From the NCBI GenBank assembly GCA_951406725.2, contig OX597815.1:189740001-189988000 (forward strand): DNA of 248,000 nucleotides, in the 5' to 3' direction. This document shows positions 92,964 to 108,392 of this stretch, piece by piece. The notes beneath the pieces were generated by a model. The model was not told where the DNA came from. It saw only the letters and a program-made list of their open reading frames with translations, and searched no databases. The DNA is from Octopus vulgaris. Taxonomy: Eukaryota. A program made the position numbers and the translations under genes. The first letter of the stretch is position 1; each line of letters opens with the position of its first letter.

Positions 92964-92965
<2 letters not shown>
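92735..92965 (+). mobile_element. tRNA-derived SINE family B, representative copy; more than 30 copies in the window
   Basis: GGCGGCGAGCTGG...GAGTTCAAATTCC, central GTCGACTTTGCCTTTCATCCTTTCGGGGTCGATAAATTAAGTACCAG, tail AAAGAAATAG. Other copies include 36500-36735, 49240-49460, 69587-70240, 98135-98530, 151240-151660, 153220-153450 and 203785-204025. Confidence 0.85.
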
Positions 92966-93016
<51 letters not shown>

Positions 93017-93505
93017 CATACACACATATATATACATACATATACATATACATGTGCTTACTATACGTGTATGTATTTATGTATGTATATATCTATCTTT
93101 CTACTATCTATTAACTATCTATCTATCATATATATATATATATATATACATTATATTATATTATATGCATATACTCATGTGATTGTGAGGAGATGCAGAG
93201 GCATAGACATGTAAAAGTAACAAACTTCTGCGAGGAGCAAAACACAACAATTGCTGCATGCTCAATGTGGTTACAACTGTCATTGGTTTGGTGTGATGGC
93301 TGCTTGGTTAACAGCAAAAGTATACTATCAAGCATTTCAAGTGAACTTTTCAGGTTGTTTCAGTACAGCTCAGCACTGCTGGACGACTGAAAGTACTGTT
93401 AAAAGTACGGAAAATGTGGACATTTCTGGCTGACAACCAATAGAGGGAGTGTCCCCTAGGGTAAGCCATATAGAAGTATGTGCATGCAAAAACTCACACA
93501 TATAG

Positions 93506-93546
<41 letters not shown>

Positions 93547-94026
93547 GGTATTTTGTTCTGTACAGCATCCAGCTGTAAAAAAACCTTGTCAAAACTGATC
93601 TTAGTAATCTATGCAGGTTAAATAAAAGCTAGTATGGTATATTAATTTTTATTTGGTTACAAAATATTAAGATTTGAAATCTTAATATTTTGTAACCAAA
93701 TAAAAAATTAATATACCATACTAGCTTTTATTTAACCTGCATAGATTACTAAGAAATTTCATTTTATATATAAATCTAAATATAATGAAATTAGAATTTT
93801 TTGCTACTCTCCTACATAGAATGGAAAAAAAATTCTATATATCTAGGGAAATTACTTAGTTCATCTTGATTACCTCCCTTCCACTACTGTTTAATATATC
93901 TTATTAACTCCTGGTATATTTACTAAGTTGATAAAATTCTTCTCCATAGTTAGTAAATATTATGTCTAACATATTCTTTTAATTCGACTCTTTAATAAAA
94001 TAAATCACCATTTAGTAACTAATTAT

Positions 94027-94372
94027 GATTTTGATTTTGATTTTGATTTTTCCAGTTTCAGCTAATGAGCTGTGGCCATGCTGGGGCACCGCCATTTGGT
94101 TTGCTACACGGTTTTACCTCACGGATGCTTTTTAGCAAACGCCATCTGATGCATGAGAGAGTTCGATGCAGCTGCCCGCATCTGCACCTCCTGCCGTGAA
94201 GTTGGTTCATCCGGGACACCTGACAGGAAGAGATCCAGTCCTACTTTAAAGACATCTGCATCTACACCATGCAGGTCCCTCAGGTTATTCGGGAGGATAT
94301 TGAAGAGCCGTGGGCCTCTGAAGCCCAGGCTATCACAATATCTTGTCCTACATCTTGATGGCAAATTTGGAG
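94027..94372 (-). mobile_element. 3' end of a CR1/L2-group LINE with stem-loop tail
   Basis: GPRLFNILP...FKVGLDLFLSGVPDEP...AASNSL, stop, short UTR GGCGGTGCCCCAGCATGGCCACAGCTCATTAGCTGAAAC, then (AAAATC)n. Confidence 0.8.
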
Positions 94373-95428
94373 TCCATTTGGAGTTATGATTCTATATTTA
94401 TAGAAATGGACATATATATATATCTATATAAATATGAAATAATTGCAAAAAATTCTATATATCAAGAGAAATTACTTGGTTCATCTTGATTACCTCCCTT
94501 CCATTACTTTTTAATATATCTTATAGACTCCTGATATATTTGCTAAATTATTAAAGTTTTTTCCACAGTTAGTAAATACTATGTCTAACATTTTCTTTTA
94601 ATTCAACTCATTAATAAGATAAATTACCATTTACTAGCTAATTATGATTATATATTAATAGAAATGGATATATATATATATTTATATAAATATGAATTGA
94701 TTTCTATATTTTCTATAATATACTAATTTTTATTGAAATCCTTTAGAAGATTATCTAAAGGATATTTACTTAAATTTCTTAAGAGAGAATCTGGATGTCA
94801 AATAGTAAGATTTAGATTAAAACCTCTAGAGCACTAGTAGTCTATGTTCCCCCTACCCCTCTAACTTTAACCTACTAGCTTTTTGCTATAATACATTTAA
94901 ATATATCTAAACTGAATTCCTCAAAATGGGAATGGGTTTATGGTTTTGACATTTGTACTACCCCTTCCTGTATCTATAAATAGAAAAACTTCTTTGTCTC
95001 CATCCAACCAAAAATAAAATCCCTCCCCACTGACAGATCTAAATAACAAGGTGAACTCAATAATAAAATCTACAGTCAGAGAGTGAATATGCTACTATCA
95101 TGTTCTTAAGAATGAAATCAACCTCTCTGTTTATATATCTACCCTCTTTATAATGTTGGCAAATGAAATATGGATAAGAATGAGCATTGTCCGTTTGATT
95201 AGGAAATTCTATAATGGCTGAAGATTGCTCGACATTTTAAAACTGATGTAATACTTACAGTGTTTAATAAAATGAAGTAACATGAAACAATTGTACTACT
95301 CTACCTTGGATATACTTGTTGCTTATTTTGATTATAATCACCCCATTTGATTTATATGGATAATACCATACAAAATTCTGGTGCCTTTGACTTAAGTACC
95401 ATATTCATCTGAATCTAATTTTGCAGAA

Positions 95429-95490
<62 letters not shown>

Positions 95491-96613
95491 CATGTGTGTG
95501 TATATGTTTGTGTGTCTGTGTTTGTCCCTCCAACACCGCTTGACAACCGATGCTGGTGTGTTTACGTCCCTGTAAGCTAGCAGTTTGGCAAAAGAGACTG
95601 ATAGAATAAGTACTAGGCTTCCAAAGAATAAGTCCTGGGGTCGATTTGCTTGACTAAAGGCAGTGCTCCAGCATGGCCACAGTCAAATGACTGAAACAAG
95701 TAAAAGAGTAAAAAGAGAGAATATATATATATATATATATTATATTCACTGTACCATGCTACAAGTAAAATGAAGGGAAAACATTTGATCAGTTTATCCT
95801 GTAACTTTATTATCTCGTTTTACGTTGTATAATGTAGAGTGTTGGCACTTCTCCTTGTCATAAAGTGCATGGTTAAACTAGAAGTAAGTGTTGTACTTGT
95901 ATGCTATATTCGGTATGGTTTTATGCTATATTTTGCCAGTCATCCCTTCCAGTGTGTCCTATACACTTTGTAAAGTATTTTATGAACAAACAAGGACATT
96001 ATAACGTTGAGAGAATCCTTAGTCTGGTGTCCTTAGGGGCATACCAACCTCTCTAGTACTGGTACCATAATTTTATATTGTGAGTAAAATGTGAAAACTA
96101 AGCATCCAATTTTGTTTTGATGCTCAGCTGTTTTGACCAATATGTGAAATTTAATTGTAAATTTCATACATCATTAGTTTCATGTATATCATGTTTGTGA
96201 CATGTGTATTATTAATTTGTCAAGAAAGTTCTTGCAGTTTTTAACCTTTAAATACAGCTCAAACAAACTTTATTAATCGAAATAAACATCATCAAAATCA
96301 ACACACTTTTGCCAACGCGAAACAAGTTTATTTATGCTAAGTTTATTTTGCTGCTGCCATTAAATTCAATCCTTTTTTTCCCACAGGTAACGTAAAATGG
96401 CTCTCATCGCTATTTTTTTTATTTTACCACTCACTATCAAAGCTATAAGATAAAGAACAAACAATGAACATCAATATGTTATTAAAGAAAATAAAGAATA
96501 AGAAACCCAGCAATGAGTGGACAAGTTGTATTAGGTTATTCATAACATGGTGGTAGAAGTTGCCAAAAATCATCAGTGAAAATCCGAAATGACCTTCGAC
96601 TCAACCTGGTATA

Positions 96614-96751
<138 letters not shown>

Positions 96752-96800
96752 TATATATACATATATGCACATATATACATACATATATATGCATATATAT

Positions 96801-96842
<42 letters not shown>

Positions 96843-97191
96843 GAGGCAGGGAGCAGGCAGAAACGTTAGCGCGCCGGACGAAATGCTTAGCGGTATTTCG
96901 GGGTCGATTAAATAAGTACTAGTTACACACTGGGGTCGATATAATCGACTTAATACGTTTGTCTGTCCTTGTTTGTCCCCTCTGTTTAGCCCCTTGTGGG
97001 TAGTAAAGAAATAGGTATTTCGTCTGTCATTACGTTCTGAGTTCAAATTCCGTCGAGGTCGACTTTGCCTTTCATCCTCTCGGGGTCGATAAATAAAGTA
97101 CCAGTTTCGCACTGGGTCGATGTAATCGACTTAATCCCTTTGTCTGTCCTTGTTTGTTCCTTCTATGTTTAGCCTCTTGTGGGTAGTAAAG

Positions 97192-97237
<46 letters not shown>

Positions 97238-97328
97238 ATGTGTGTGTAAATTCTAACTTGTCTTACCTCCTCCATCTCTCTCTCTCACTCACTGTGTATA
97301 CACGTGTCTGTATGCGCGTGAGTATAAA

Positions 97329-97373
<45 letters not shown>

Positions 97374-98689
97374 CATATATATATAGAGAGAGAGAGGTGG
97401 AGGAAGGACAGAGAGGACTTAACATAGGTCTGTAAAAGTTTAAAGAACAAACATTCAAAATTTAAATAACTGGCTCTCAAATATTAGAATCTTTCTACTG
97501 AATTAACAATATCATCACTGTGACGAAAATAGATATAATGGCAGAATATACATGTGTTCCAGACCTATCATTTAACTGATGCAGTTTATCTTAGCCAAAA
97601 TCAGTAAGAACTTGGAAGAACTAGAAGAATTAGAAGGTAAGTTGCATATTATGATCAAATTTAACGAAAATCTAATACCAGGTGATTTTAAAGAGTTAAT
97701 GAGGTGATGTTCAATTTTTCTACATGCTACCATTAGCCGGGAAATTGATTATATTCCAAATGCATAAGAAATTGAAGAAATTGAACAAATGTGCCATGTT
97801 ATGATGGTAATTTAACGAACATCAAATATCTATACGGATTTTGGATACTATGAACTATACTCTCAATGACAGCTCCCCACAACAATTTAATATTTCATCA
97901 TGAAACCTTTGAAACAATTTGATATTGTATTCATTTAACATCTGCCCTTTGCACGAAACCCTTTGTAATTCTTTAGATTCGACCAAATGTTTATGGTTTT
98001 CAGATAAAACGAACTGTTATAGCTGAAATGTACGAGATGCATTCAGAAAGTAGTGTCTGACTTTACTTTTTCCTGCCAAAATTAATGCCACATTGGCAAA
98101 ATCCTTTTATATGAGAGGTGACGCCACCCTTCTGCGGCGAGCTGGCAGAATCGTTAGCACGCTGGGCAAAACGCTTAGCGGTATTTCGCCTGCTGCTACG
98201 TTCTGAGTTCAAATTCCACCGAGGTCGACTTTGCCTTTCATCCTTTCGGGGTCGATAAATTAAGTACCTGTTACGCACTGGGGTCGATATAATCGACTTA
98301 ATCCGTTTGTCTGTCCTTGTTTGTTCCTTCTGTGTTTAGCCCCTTGTGGGTAGTAAAGAAATAGGTATTTCGCCTGCCGTTACGTTCTGAGTTCAAATTC
98401 CGCCGAGGTCGACTTTGCCTTTCATCCTTTCGGGGTCGATAAACTAAGTACCAGTTACGCACTGGGGTCGATGTAATCGACTTAATCCGTTTGTCTGTCC
98501 TTGTTTGTCCCCTCTATGTTTAACCCTTTGTGGGCAATAACATAACATTTGCAGGCAGTAACATAACATCGATGAATCCTTGACGAAGGAGTAGTACAGG
98601 TTTTTTTAACAAGCACAGAAGACAATACATTGTTTCCAGAGATAACACCACTGACAAGAGTAATGTGCACGGGTGGATTAGGAAATTTC

Positions 98690-99660
98690 AAGGCTCAGTG
98701 AATAGAAACCATGAATTCAAAGACCATCAACTACGACGACTAACTCGAATCGCCAGCGAGTGGCTGAAATGACTCATGTGCACAGACGAGTCTGGGGTTT
98801 GCAGAACAACTAGACTGTAATCATAAGCTTTACAGAAACGATTAGGGGACTGGCTATGGGAAAGTGTGTATAATGTGGGTACCTCGACAAATGCTGCTCG
98901 ATTTGTGGACAGAAGCCTGATCTGTTGGAAATGGTTGAATCAACAATGAAGATACGTTTTTGTTTCGATTTTGTGACAGGGGGGTGAAACGTGATCCGTA
99001 TCTTAATCATCTGGAAAGGAAGGCTCAGCCCGTGGAATGGTGTCAGATCTCTCCAAAACCTAAGCATTTCAAGACTCATCAATCAATACAGAAAGTCATG
99101 ATGACTGTCTGGTGGGGGGGATAACATTTGAGTCATTCAACTTGATTTACAACGTGGCTGTATCGTGAACCCTGGATGGTAGACTAAGACACTCAAAAAA
99201 GCTTAGCGAAGTTATTAGAAGGAAGAAACTGAACAAGACTGACATCGATTCACATTCACTCTGACAATGTGTGACCACAGGCACACCTTTGGCAATAAAT
99301 CAAGCAATCAGCAAATTGGCTGTCGGTGGTAACCCATTTATCGTACAGTCCGGATCTGACGCCTTTCGACTCCAATCTGTTTAATTCAATGAAGAATAGT
99401 CTTCGAGAACAATGATTTGAAGACATAGACGTGATGAAAGAGGTTGTGAAGCAGTGAGTACGACCGTGCACACCTCAAGTTCTTCAAAGAGGACCTGAGA
99501 ACTGGCTTTAACATTGACGCAAATGCATCACTTGTGATGCAAAGTGCATCGAGTAGATTTAATTTTATTACTCTATCGTCGTGCACAATTACAATTACGT
99601 ATGTTAGTCGATAAAATTGTTGCGCCATCTTTTGCATTACTTTTAGTATAACTCTCGTTG
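98690..99660 (+). mobile_element. Decayed mariner remnant
   Basis: WVPRQ-, VTGDETW- and PYSPDLTP-like remnants across frames. Confidence 0.6.
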
Positions 99661-102600
99661 TATTTTCGTCTCATTATTCATGACATTGAGACATTGCTAA
99701 TTCAGTAGTAACCCGCTGATGTCTAAGAACAAGCTTGTGTGTGTGCGTGTATGTGTATGAGGTTGGGTTAATATTTATAATTACTAAGGGCAGTGTTTCG
99801 TTTCCTGGCTAGAACGGACTATAAGCCATATCTAAAGATTTTTAGCCGAAAGTATGTTACGACAAACCTAAACCTACACGATGCTCGCGGGCAGACAAAG
99901 AAAAAAGGAACTGCTGCACATTTGAGATTTGTTAGTAGCTGTTCATCTTCCTTGATTATTACTTTATCCACTAAATAGCAGTAGATTTGCAAGCAGTGTA
100001 GCTGTGGACAGTTAAACAAGTAGCACAGCTGCTAACGAAATGACAGAGTTGATACGTGCAGCATACACCACTGTTCCTTCCTTTTTCTGTCGACGAACTT
100101 ACTGTGTGTATTAATGTAATGTTGACAGTCATCATAACAGATAGCGTTGGCAAAAAAATTTATAGATATCCTCAAAAATATAAGGAAGAAAAGAAGCAAA
100201 CAGTTAACACATTAGTAATTTAATATTCAAGATACCACAAAGTGTTAAATATACAAAATGATTTATCCACTTTACTGAAACCATTAATATCAGTGAGTTT
100301 ATAAGCAGTGCGTTGGTAAATAGTTAATGAATGTGTGTAGCTGCTGACGAAACTCTAAACAGAACTGAAATGTGCTGCACTGGCATTGGATGTCTACAGA
100401 GCTTCAAGGCCTTCCAAAAACGATAAATATTAAGAGTTCTTTTTTAAAGACAAAGAAATTCGCAGAAATTTCATCTGTAAAGTCGTTATGTATTCAACGT
100501 GTAAGCAGGATAAATTTGCTTTGGATAAACTTGTTCTGATAACGATCTTTTGAAAGTAGATCGTTCCTCGAATTTAACAGGTTGTGTGTATATTGCTAAA
100601 TCCAGAAACTGTAGAATATGGTTTGGTAAATTAAACCATTTAATAGAGCAATTTAAAATTTATGGTACTTTAATCATTTAGTCGCCATAGTGTTATGAGA
100701 GAGATATGAGCTTTCTTTTCTTGGGCAGCACTATACACTATTCTTTAATGCAATATAAAACAAAATAAAAAGTGCGAGCGCAATATTATTTGCTCTGTAG
100801 TTTGGAAAAATCTACGCGAAGAAAAATTTGCCAAACATGTTTGCGTAAATTTGATGTGTTAAAGTGAAGGATATTGCAATTTGAATAAATTATTTGTTCG
100901 AAATGCTGCAAAACTTCATCCACACACACTGGTAAAAGCAAAGCATTTTAGGAGAAAAACGTGTTTTATCTGATCTTTAAAGGGCAGTATTTGAGGAAAA
101001 ACAAAAGAATACAACCTATAGAAAATGAATGAAGGTAGGTGATGAGATTGCATTGAATTCTTCTTTATAATAAAAACTTTTGAAATAATTTATAAATATC
101101 AACAAGCGTACGTGAAGGTTTCTTCTAAATGAAAGAAGTCAAAGAAATCTCCTTCAATACTTAAATCAAAAATTGGATGTAAAATGTTCTTGTTATCACA
101201 CCGATGGATAGATTAAGTCATGCTTTTTTCTTCAGAAAAATGGTAATTTACGTTCATGTGGATATAAAAAAAAAAGAAATTGCTATTCTTTGTGAGGTGG
101301 GCCACAACGTATTCCAAACCCCACAAAATACTGAAAATAAGGTAGTTCTAACTTCTCTACTTACTACAAAGGGAATATGTTCACACTGCCAGAATATTGG
101401 TTTTTACAGTAAAGAAAGGATTTGTCGGGCTTAGAACTATTACAAGTATGGATGAAAGTAGAGTGAAATTCTTAGTTCTTCAAGAAAGAAAGAAAAGCCT
101501 ACAGCAACTGCCAAGAAAGTCTAGGACTGCAAGCAGCAAAATTGCTTCCAGAAGGATTATTACAAAAAGTTATAAAGCCGGAAGTGGATGCGTGTGGCTT
101601 AGTGGTTAGGGTGTCAGCATCATGATCGTAAGATTGTGGCTTCGATTCCTGGACCGGGCGATTCGTTGTGTTCTTGAGCAAAACACTTCATTTCACGTTG
101701 CTATAGTTCACTCAGCTGGCAAAAATGAGTAACGCTGCGATGGACTGGCGTCCCGTCCAGCTGGGGGACACATACGCCATAGAAACTGGGAAACCGAGCC
101801 CATGAGCCTGGCTAGGCTTTAAAAGGGCGCATTTATTTTTATTTATTAAGCAGGTAGGGATAACCCAGAATGTTATCTATGCAGACCGGGTGAGATATTC
101901 TACTTTGGCTGCATTTCAAAAACTGTGAATCAGGTGGTGGTGGTGGTGGGGGTGGGGCGGGGGGGAGTTGAAATCAAAGTATGGGATATATTTTCACCTG
102001 CAGGTGTTGGAAAGCATGTAAGATACGAACATTCAATTACGGCTTTTGAATACATAAAGAATTACAAAACCAGTTATTTCCCAGACTGTAGAAGTTATTT
102101 CTTGGAGTAAAAGACAACAAAGAAATCATTTTTCAATAAGACAATGCTTCTGCCAATACAGCGAAGGCAACAAAATAAAAAAATAAAGTGAAGGCTCATG
102201 ATATTCCACAAAGATTTATAGAGGTATTTCTGTATATTGGCTTGTACTTATAGATTTTTAAACAAAATATTACAAAAACTGATTAAAAATTAATTTGGCT
102301 ACTTTTTGTTCCTAGGTCTACACATATGTATGCATGCGCATTCATACCTGTGCGTGTGTGTATATTTTACATACTATATGTGTAGTGCTCTCAAACCCAC
102401 TCACCTGACGACGTGCTATTGGCTGGATCATGTTTATATAATATTTAAAACATATATAATATGGAAAACTCAGCAGTCAACAGCTGACGCTAATGCACGG
102501 AAACAATTGTTGTGTCTTGGATTTATAGCTCAGTCATTCCATCTTCTTGTGTTATAAAATTATCCATCCATTTATCCACCCATACATACATACATACATA

Positions 102601-103109
102601 CATACATACATAATTTATAAGGAAATAATTGACAGTGGCATGGAAACTTCGTTCTTGATGGACTTGTCAGACTCTGAGTTCTGTATTCTTAAGTATTGGT
102701 TATATACTTGGCTCCATCATATGTGTGGAGTACAATCAGCGCCATATAAACGTGGTCTGTAACGTATAGTTGTTTTTTGAGTTAAAGAAAAATTGGATCG
102801 AGAAGTATATAGTATTGTTAAGAATTAGTTATACTTTTTTAATCCAATTTTTATTTAATTCAGAGCTGCTTCTCATGGTTTAGAATGTATAAATAATTCT
102901 TAAGAATGCAAGCATACATATATGCACGTATATAACATATAATGTATGTGCGTATACGCGGTGTTAATATGTGTGAATATACGTCTACATGTGTGTGTGT
103001 GTACGTGTGTGCATATATGTGTGTGTGAATCTATGTATGACTACATGTGTTTGTATGTGTAGTATACGTATATGCATATAATGCGTGTATGTTTAATTGA
103101 GAAAGTGAT

Positions 103110-103546
<437 letters not shown>

Positions 103547-104152
103547 CGGCAATTAGTGTACACTCGTTTCACTTCTTTGAAGTAGTTCCAAGCAGTAAAA
103601 TAAAAGCAAAGCCGTCCACCTGTCTAATATATACCTATTTTCATGTCAATCACTCAGGGAAAAAGAAACAGAAATCACAAAAGTGGGAAGAACTGATTGT
103701 GTAAAGGTGTGACGTATTTTTTTTTACTGAACAACAGAGTTCTTCCTTGTCTTTGAGGCAATAAAATGGTTTGTTTTTAGCGGTTCTCTGATGTTTTTTA
103801 ATGCAATACGATGTCATTTCGTTTACTTTCATTGGCATGTGATTGTTTTTGGAATGTATTTTAGACATAGGTTTTACTGTGACGAATCGAGTTTACTCTC
103901 TTACTGTGGCAGGTATTGGTTTTTTTGAAACGTGTTACAGATGTAGAGTTTATTGAAATGGATACGTCCAATCGGAAATACGCTATCAGCTATAAATGTG
104001 GATTTCGATGTGAATTTAATTGAAAAGGATTATGATGATTCGGAGAGGTGTTGACCTCTTAGTTTGATGTTTTGAAATATTAATTTCATTGAAAGATTAT
104101 TTTAAAATGTAAAATTTATAACTACTGGAGTATCGGAAGCGAAAAATGTAAA

Positions 104153-104253
<101 letters not shown>

Positions 104254-104307
104254 GTATATATTGTGTGTGTGTGTGTGTGTGTGTATGTGTGTGTGTGTGT
104301 ATGTATA

Positions 104308-104383
<76 letters not shown>

Positions 104384-104399
104384 CACACACACACACACA

Positions 104400-104705
104400 C
104401 AAAATTTTACAATGGAAAAGTTCTTAAGCAGATCAGGCCGAAAATGTCACTAGAAGCTAGGATCACCAAGCATAGATTGGCATATTTTGGTCATATTATG
104501 AGGAGAAAATCCCTGGAGAAGGATATCATGCTCGGAATGGTCAGTGGCAAGAGAGGAAGAGGCCGACCAAGAACCCGCTGGCTTAACGCCATCAAGAGTG
104601 ATACCGGAATGGACATAGCCAGTCTGAAAGAAGCAGCCCAGGATAGAACTGACTGGAGGACACTGATCCATGGCATAACCGAGAGTCGACTTCGACTGAG
104701 CGGAT
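104400..104705 (+). mobile_element. 3' fragment of an RTE-1/BovB-like LINE
   Basis: [36 protein letters not shown]...AQDRTDWR. Confidence 0.85.
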
Positions 104706-104716
104706 AGATAGATAGA

Positions 104717-104755
<39 letters not shown>

Positions 104756-105029
104756 TTAATAGTAGAGAATATAAAATTACAAGGCAACAGGGGAAAACAA
104801 ACTCAATTTAGTAATACTAAATCAAGTTTAACGATATATTATATATATAAAGAATTAAGAAATAGAACCTCCATGAAATTAATTCAATTAATAGTGAAAG
104901 ATATTATCAATAATAAAATTTAATTGTAACTATATTATTAATATTGTACTAACAGTTACTATACTAAATAATACTCATTAAATCGACTACGCGCGTTTCG
105001 TAACGATATATTTAAATTGACAATATCAA

Positions 105030-106052
105030 AATCAGTAATCTCCAAAATTTATATTAATATAATCTGTTGGTGCCAAATCAGGTAAGTATGGCGGGTGTGG
105101 CAGCACTTTGCAGTATTGCGTTCGAATGGCTTCCTTGGTCATATTGGCAATACGAGGCGCGGGCGTTGTCGTGCAGAAGAAGAACTCCATGCTGACGATT
105201 AGGGCTTTTCTCTTGAATAGTCGTGTTGAGTCATTCCATCTGTTGAGCATAGAGTTCCGAATTGGCCGTTTGGTTCCACTCAAGCAATTCGAAATGGATA
105301 ATCCCTTCCCAGTCCCACCATACGCACAACATCGTTTTACGAGGATGAAGAACTTGTTTCGCTAAGCCATTCCTTATGCTGCTTCATATTGATGTACCGG
105401 TACCATTTTTTTGTCACCAGTAACGATTTAGTAAAGAAATCATTGCTTGTGTCCATGAGTTGAGCGGTGATGAGCAAGCAAACCAGCAGAGATTGTGGCT
105501 CGTTGATTTTTGTTGTCACTTAAAGCATGCGGAACCCATGCTCGATACTGCTGAACATTTCCTATCGAGTGAAGATGCTTCTCTATAGCAGCGTGGTAGC
105601 ATTCCATTTTCCATGCCAGTTCCTTTGTCGTTTGATGAGAAGTTGGTTTAATCGCTCTTCATCGAACTCAACTAGATGGCCAGAACAAGGCGTGTTTTTG
105701 AGGTCAAAATTTCCATTTTTGAACTTGACATACCAATCATGAGCGGTTCTTTTAGTAATGGCACCCTCTCCATACACAGCACAAATGTCACGAGCAGCTT
105801 TTGCGGCCTTAGAGCCTTGATTCAAAGCAAAAAGAAGGAGGTGTCGAAAATGCTTATTTTCCTTAACTTGACATTGCATTTTAATGATCTGAAAATAAAC
105901 AAAAATAAACTAAAATTAACTAGAAAAAATACAAAACACATTCCAAAATTATTCAAAAATAGAATTCACGAAAAAAATAGATTCCAAAATTTAAAAACGC
106001 AATAAATTCCAAAATTTTAAAAAACGGCGGGAACTTAGTTGCCAACTCAATA
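105030..106052 (-). mobile_element. Mariner remnant with decayed transposase
   Basis: HFRHLLLF...ARDICAVYGEG...FKNGNFDL; LHDNARPRIA; HPPYLPDLAPTDY. Confidence 0.88.
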
Positions 106053-106077
106053 TATGAACCATAACGCATATATGACA

Positions 106078-106455
106078 GACTAGCAGTATCGCCCGGCGTT
106101 GCTCAGGTTTGTAAGGGAAATAACTATAAAGCATTTTTAGAGAGTTATAACCAAAAAATAGCAAAAAAATGGAAAAAAATGATGGTAAATTTTTTTGAGA
106201 GTTAAAAAAGGATGGAGTTGCGTCCCCTAGACAGTTTGTGGTTCGTGTTTCTGATTCTCGACCCCATGTCGAATTTATCGATTTTTTTCAGAACTGGGGA
106301 AACTTTTCAAAATTTTGGCTGCGTTAGTTTTGAATTATGACATTGGGCTATGTGTGTGTCAAGTTTCATCAGAATCAGTTGAAAGCCGTGGTCAGGGTGA
106401 GGGTACAAGCAAACAGACACACAGAAACACGCACAGACAAACTGCCGTTTATATA
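106078..106455 (+). mobile_element. Non-autonomous Helitron-like repeat
   Basis: Starts ACTAGCAGTATCGCCCGGCGTTGCTC and ends TTTATATATAGA; copies at 127928-128292, 139098-139471 (-), 24170-24575 (-), 117045-117468 and 155648-156035. Class assigned by resemblance only. Confidence 0.5.
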
Positions 106456-106505
106456 TAGAGATATATATATATATATAAAACATATATAATATATTACACA
106501 TATAT

Positions 106506-106674
<169 letters not shown>

Positions 106675-108346
106675 TATAGATATGATGCACAACGCACCAT
106701 ATGTTTAATAATCTGAAATGTTTAATAAGAAATATCTAATGATAAACAATACAAATTTTAGCTTAGCTTCTGCTGCGGTGTGCAATATAATACATCTGGA
106801 CAGTTGTAAGCAAATGTTTATCAATAATCTACAATGTTTACAGAACTTAGAGACATGTTATTACTATGAAACCTTCTGACATGTATGGTTGATCAACCAC
106901 ATTAAACTGTGGTTCGGGTTATATAATCACTGTTTATCTCAAATATATTAACATATTTCGTTTTTTGGATTTGGTTTGCAAGATTCTTTATATGAGTTCA
107001 TGTGTTGAAGCATATTCTATTGTGTCTGGGGAGAGTCATTTTCTTTTTGTGCCTTATTATGTAACACACACACCGGTAAAATTTCCACATTTTTCCACAA
107101 TTTTCAAAACTATTGAAAAGGTTGCAACACGCAACGAAAATTTTAAGAAAATAAAAATAAGAAAAACGTGGAAATTTTACCGGTGAGGGTGTTACATAAT
107201 AAGGTACAAAAAGAAAATTTTTCTCCCCAGACACAATAGAATATTAACATATATTAATATATATAACACTTTATACACTTCTGACTTGAACTTGGTATTT
107301 CTTTATGCAATAGTTTTTGGTTTCTCAATAGTTTAAAGTGAAGCAAAGATAATGTGATCTATTATTTGGGCCAAGATATACACACGACATAGAACAGAAA
107401 ATAAAAATATTGGTTTCAAATTTTCGTACAAGGCCAGCAGTTTTGGGGAAGGATCTAGGTTAATTACATCAACACGAATGTGGAGGCACATGGCTTAGTG
107501 GTTAAAACAGCGAACTCGCGGTCAAGGGATCGTGGGTTCGAATCTTTGACCGGGCGATATGTGTGTTTATGAGCGAAATACCTAAGCTCTACTCGACTCC
107601 GGCAGAAAGTAATGGTGAACTTCTGCTGACTCTTTCGCCACAACATTCTCTCACTCTTTCCTCCTGCATCTTGCAGCTCACCTGTGACGGACCGGCGTCC
107701 CATCCAGGTGAGGAAGCTATACCTCAAGGAAACCAGGAAACTGGCCCTTATGAGCCAGGTAGGGCTCGAGAAGGAACATTAACACCAATGCTCAACTGAC
107801 ACTTAATTTATTATCCCCCGAGAGGAGGAAAAGTATAGTCGACTTCAGTGAAATTTGAACTCAGGACATAAAGATGGATGAAATGCTGCTAAGCACTTTG
107901 TCCAGTGCACAAACGATTCCGCCAGCTCAATGGCTTAGAAAGGACTAATCGCCATCATCATCATCATCCTCATTTAACATCCGCTTTCCATGCGGGCATT
108001 GGTTGGATGGTTTGACTGAGCACTGGTGTGCCAGAAGGCTGCACCAGGCTCCAATCTGATCTGGTAGAGTTTCTACAGCTGGGTGCCCTTCTTAATACCA
108101 ACCACTCCGAGAGTGTAATGGGCGCTTTTTACGTGCCACTGACATGGGAGCCAATCAGGCAGCACTGGCATCGACCACGTTCAGATGGTACTTTTTACAT
108201 ATCCTGTGTTTCAATTACTTACCAAATTTCAACAGTAGAAGAAAAGTTACATACATAACAGTATTTTTAGTTCTGTATATAAGAGTTGAGGAATTATGTA
108301 CATTATTTACATTTGATGGATATTTGTCCTCATCTTGTTTGTTGTT

Positions 108347-108392
108347 AACACAACGTTTCGGCTGATATACCATCCAGCCTTCATCAGGTGTC
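108347..108392 (-). ncRNA. Minimal hammerhead motif, family a
   Basis: GACAC-CTGATGA-AGGCTG...CAGCC-GAAACGTT-GTGTT; copies at 59412-59455 (-), 59736-59780, 157312-157357 (-), 190188-190235, 219342-219387 (-) and 242062-242107. Confidence 0.72.
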
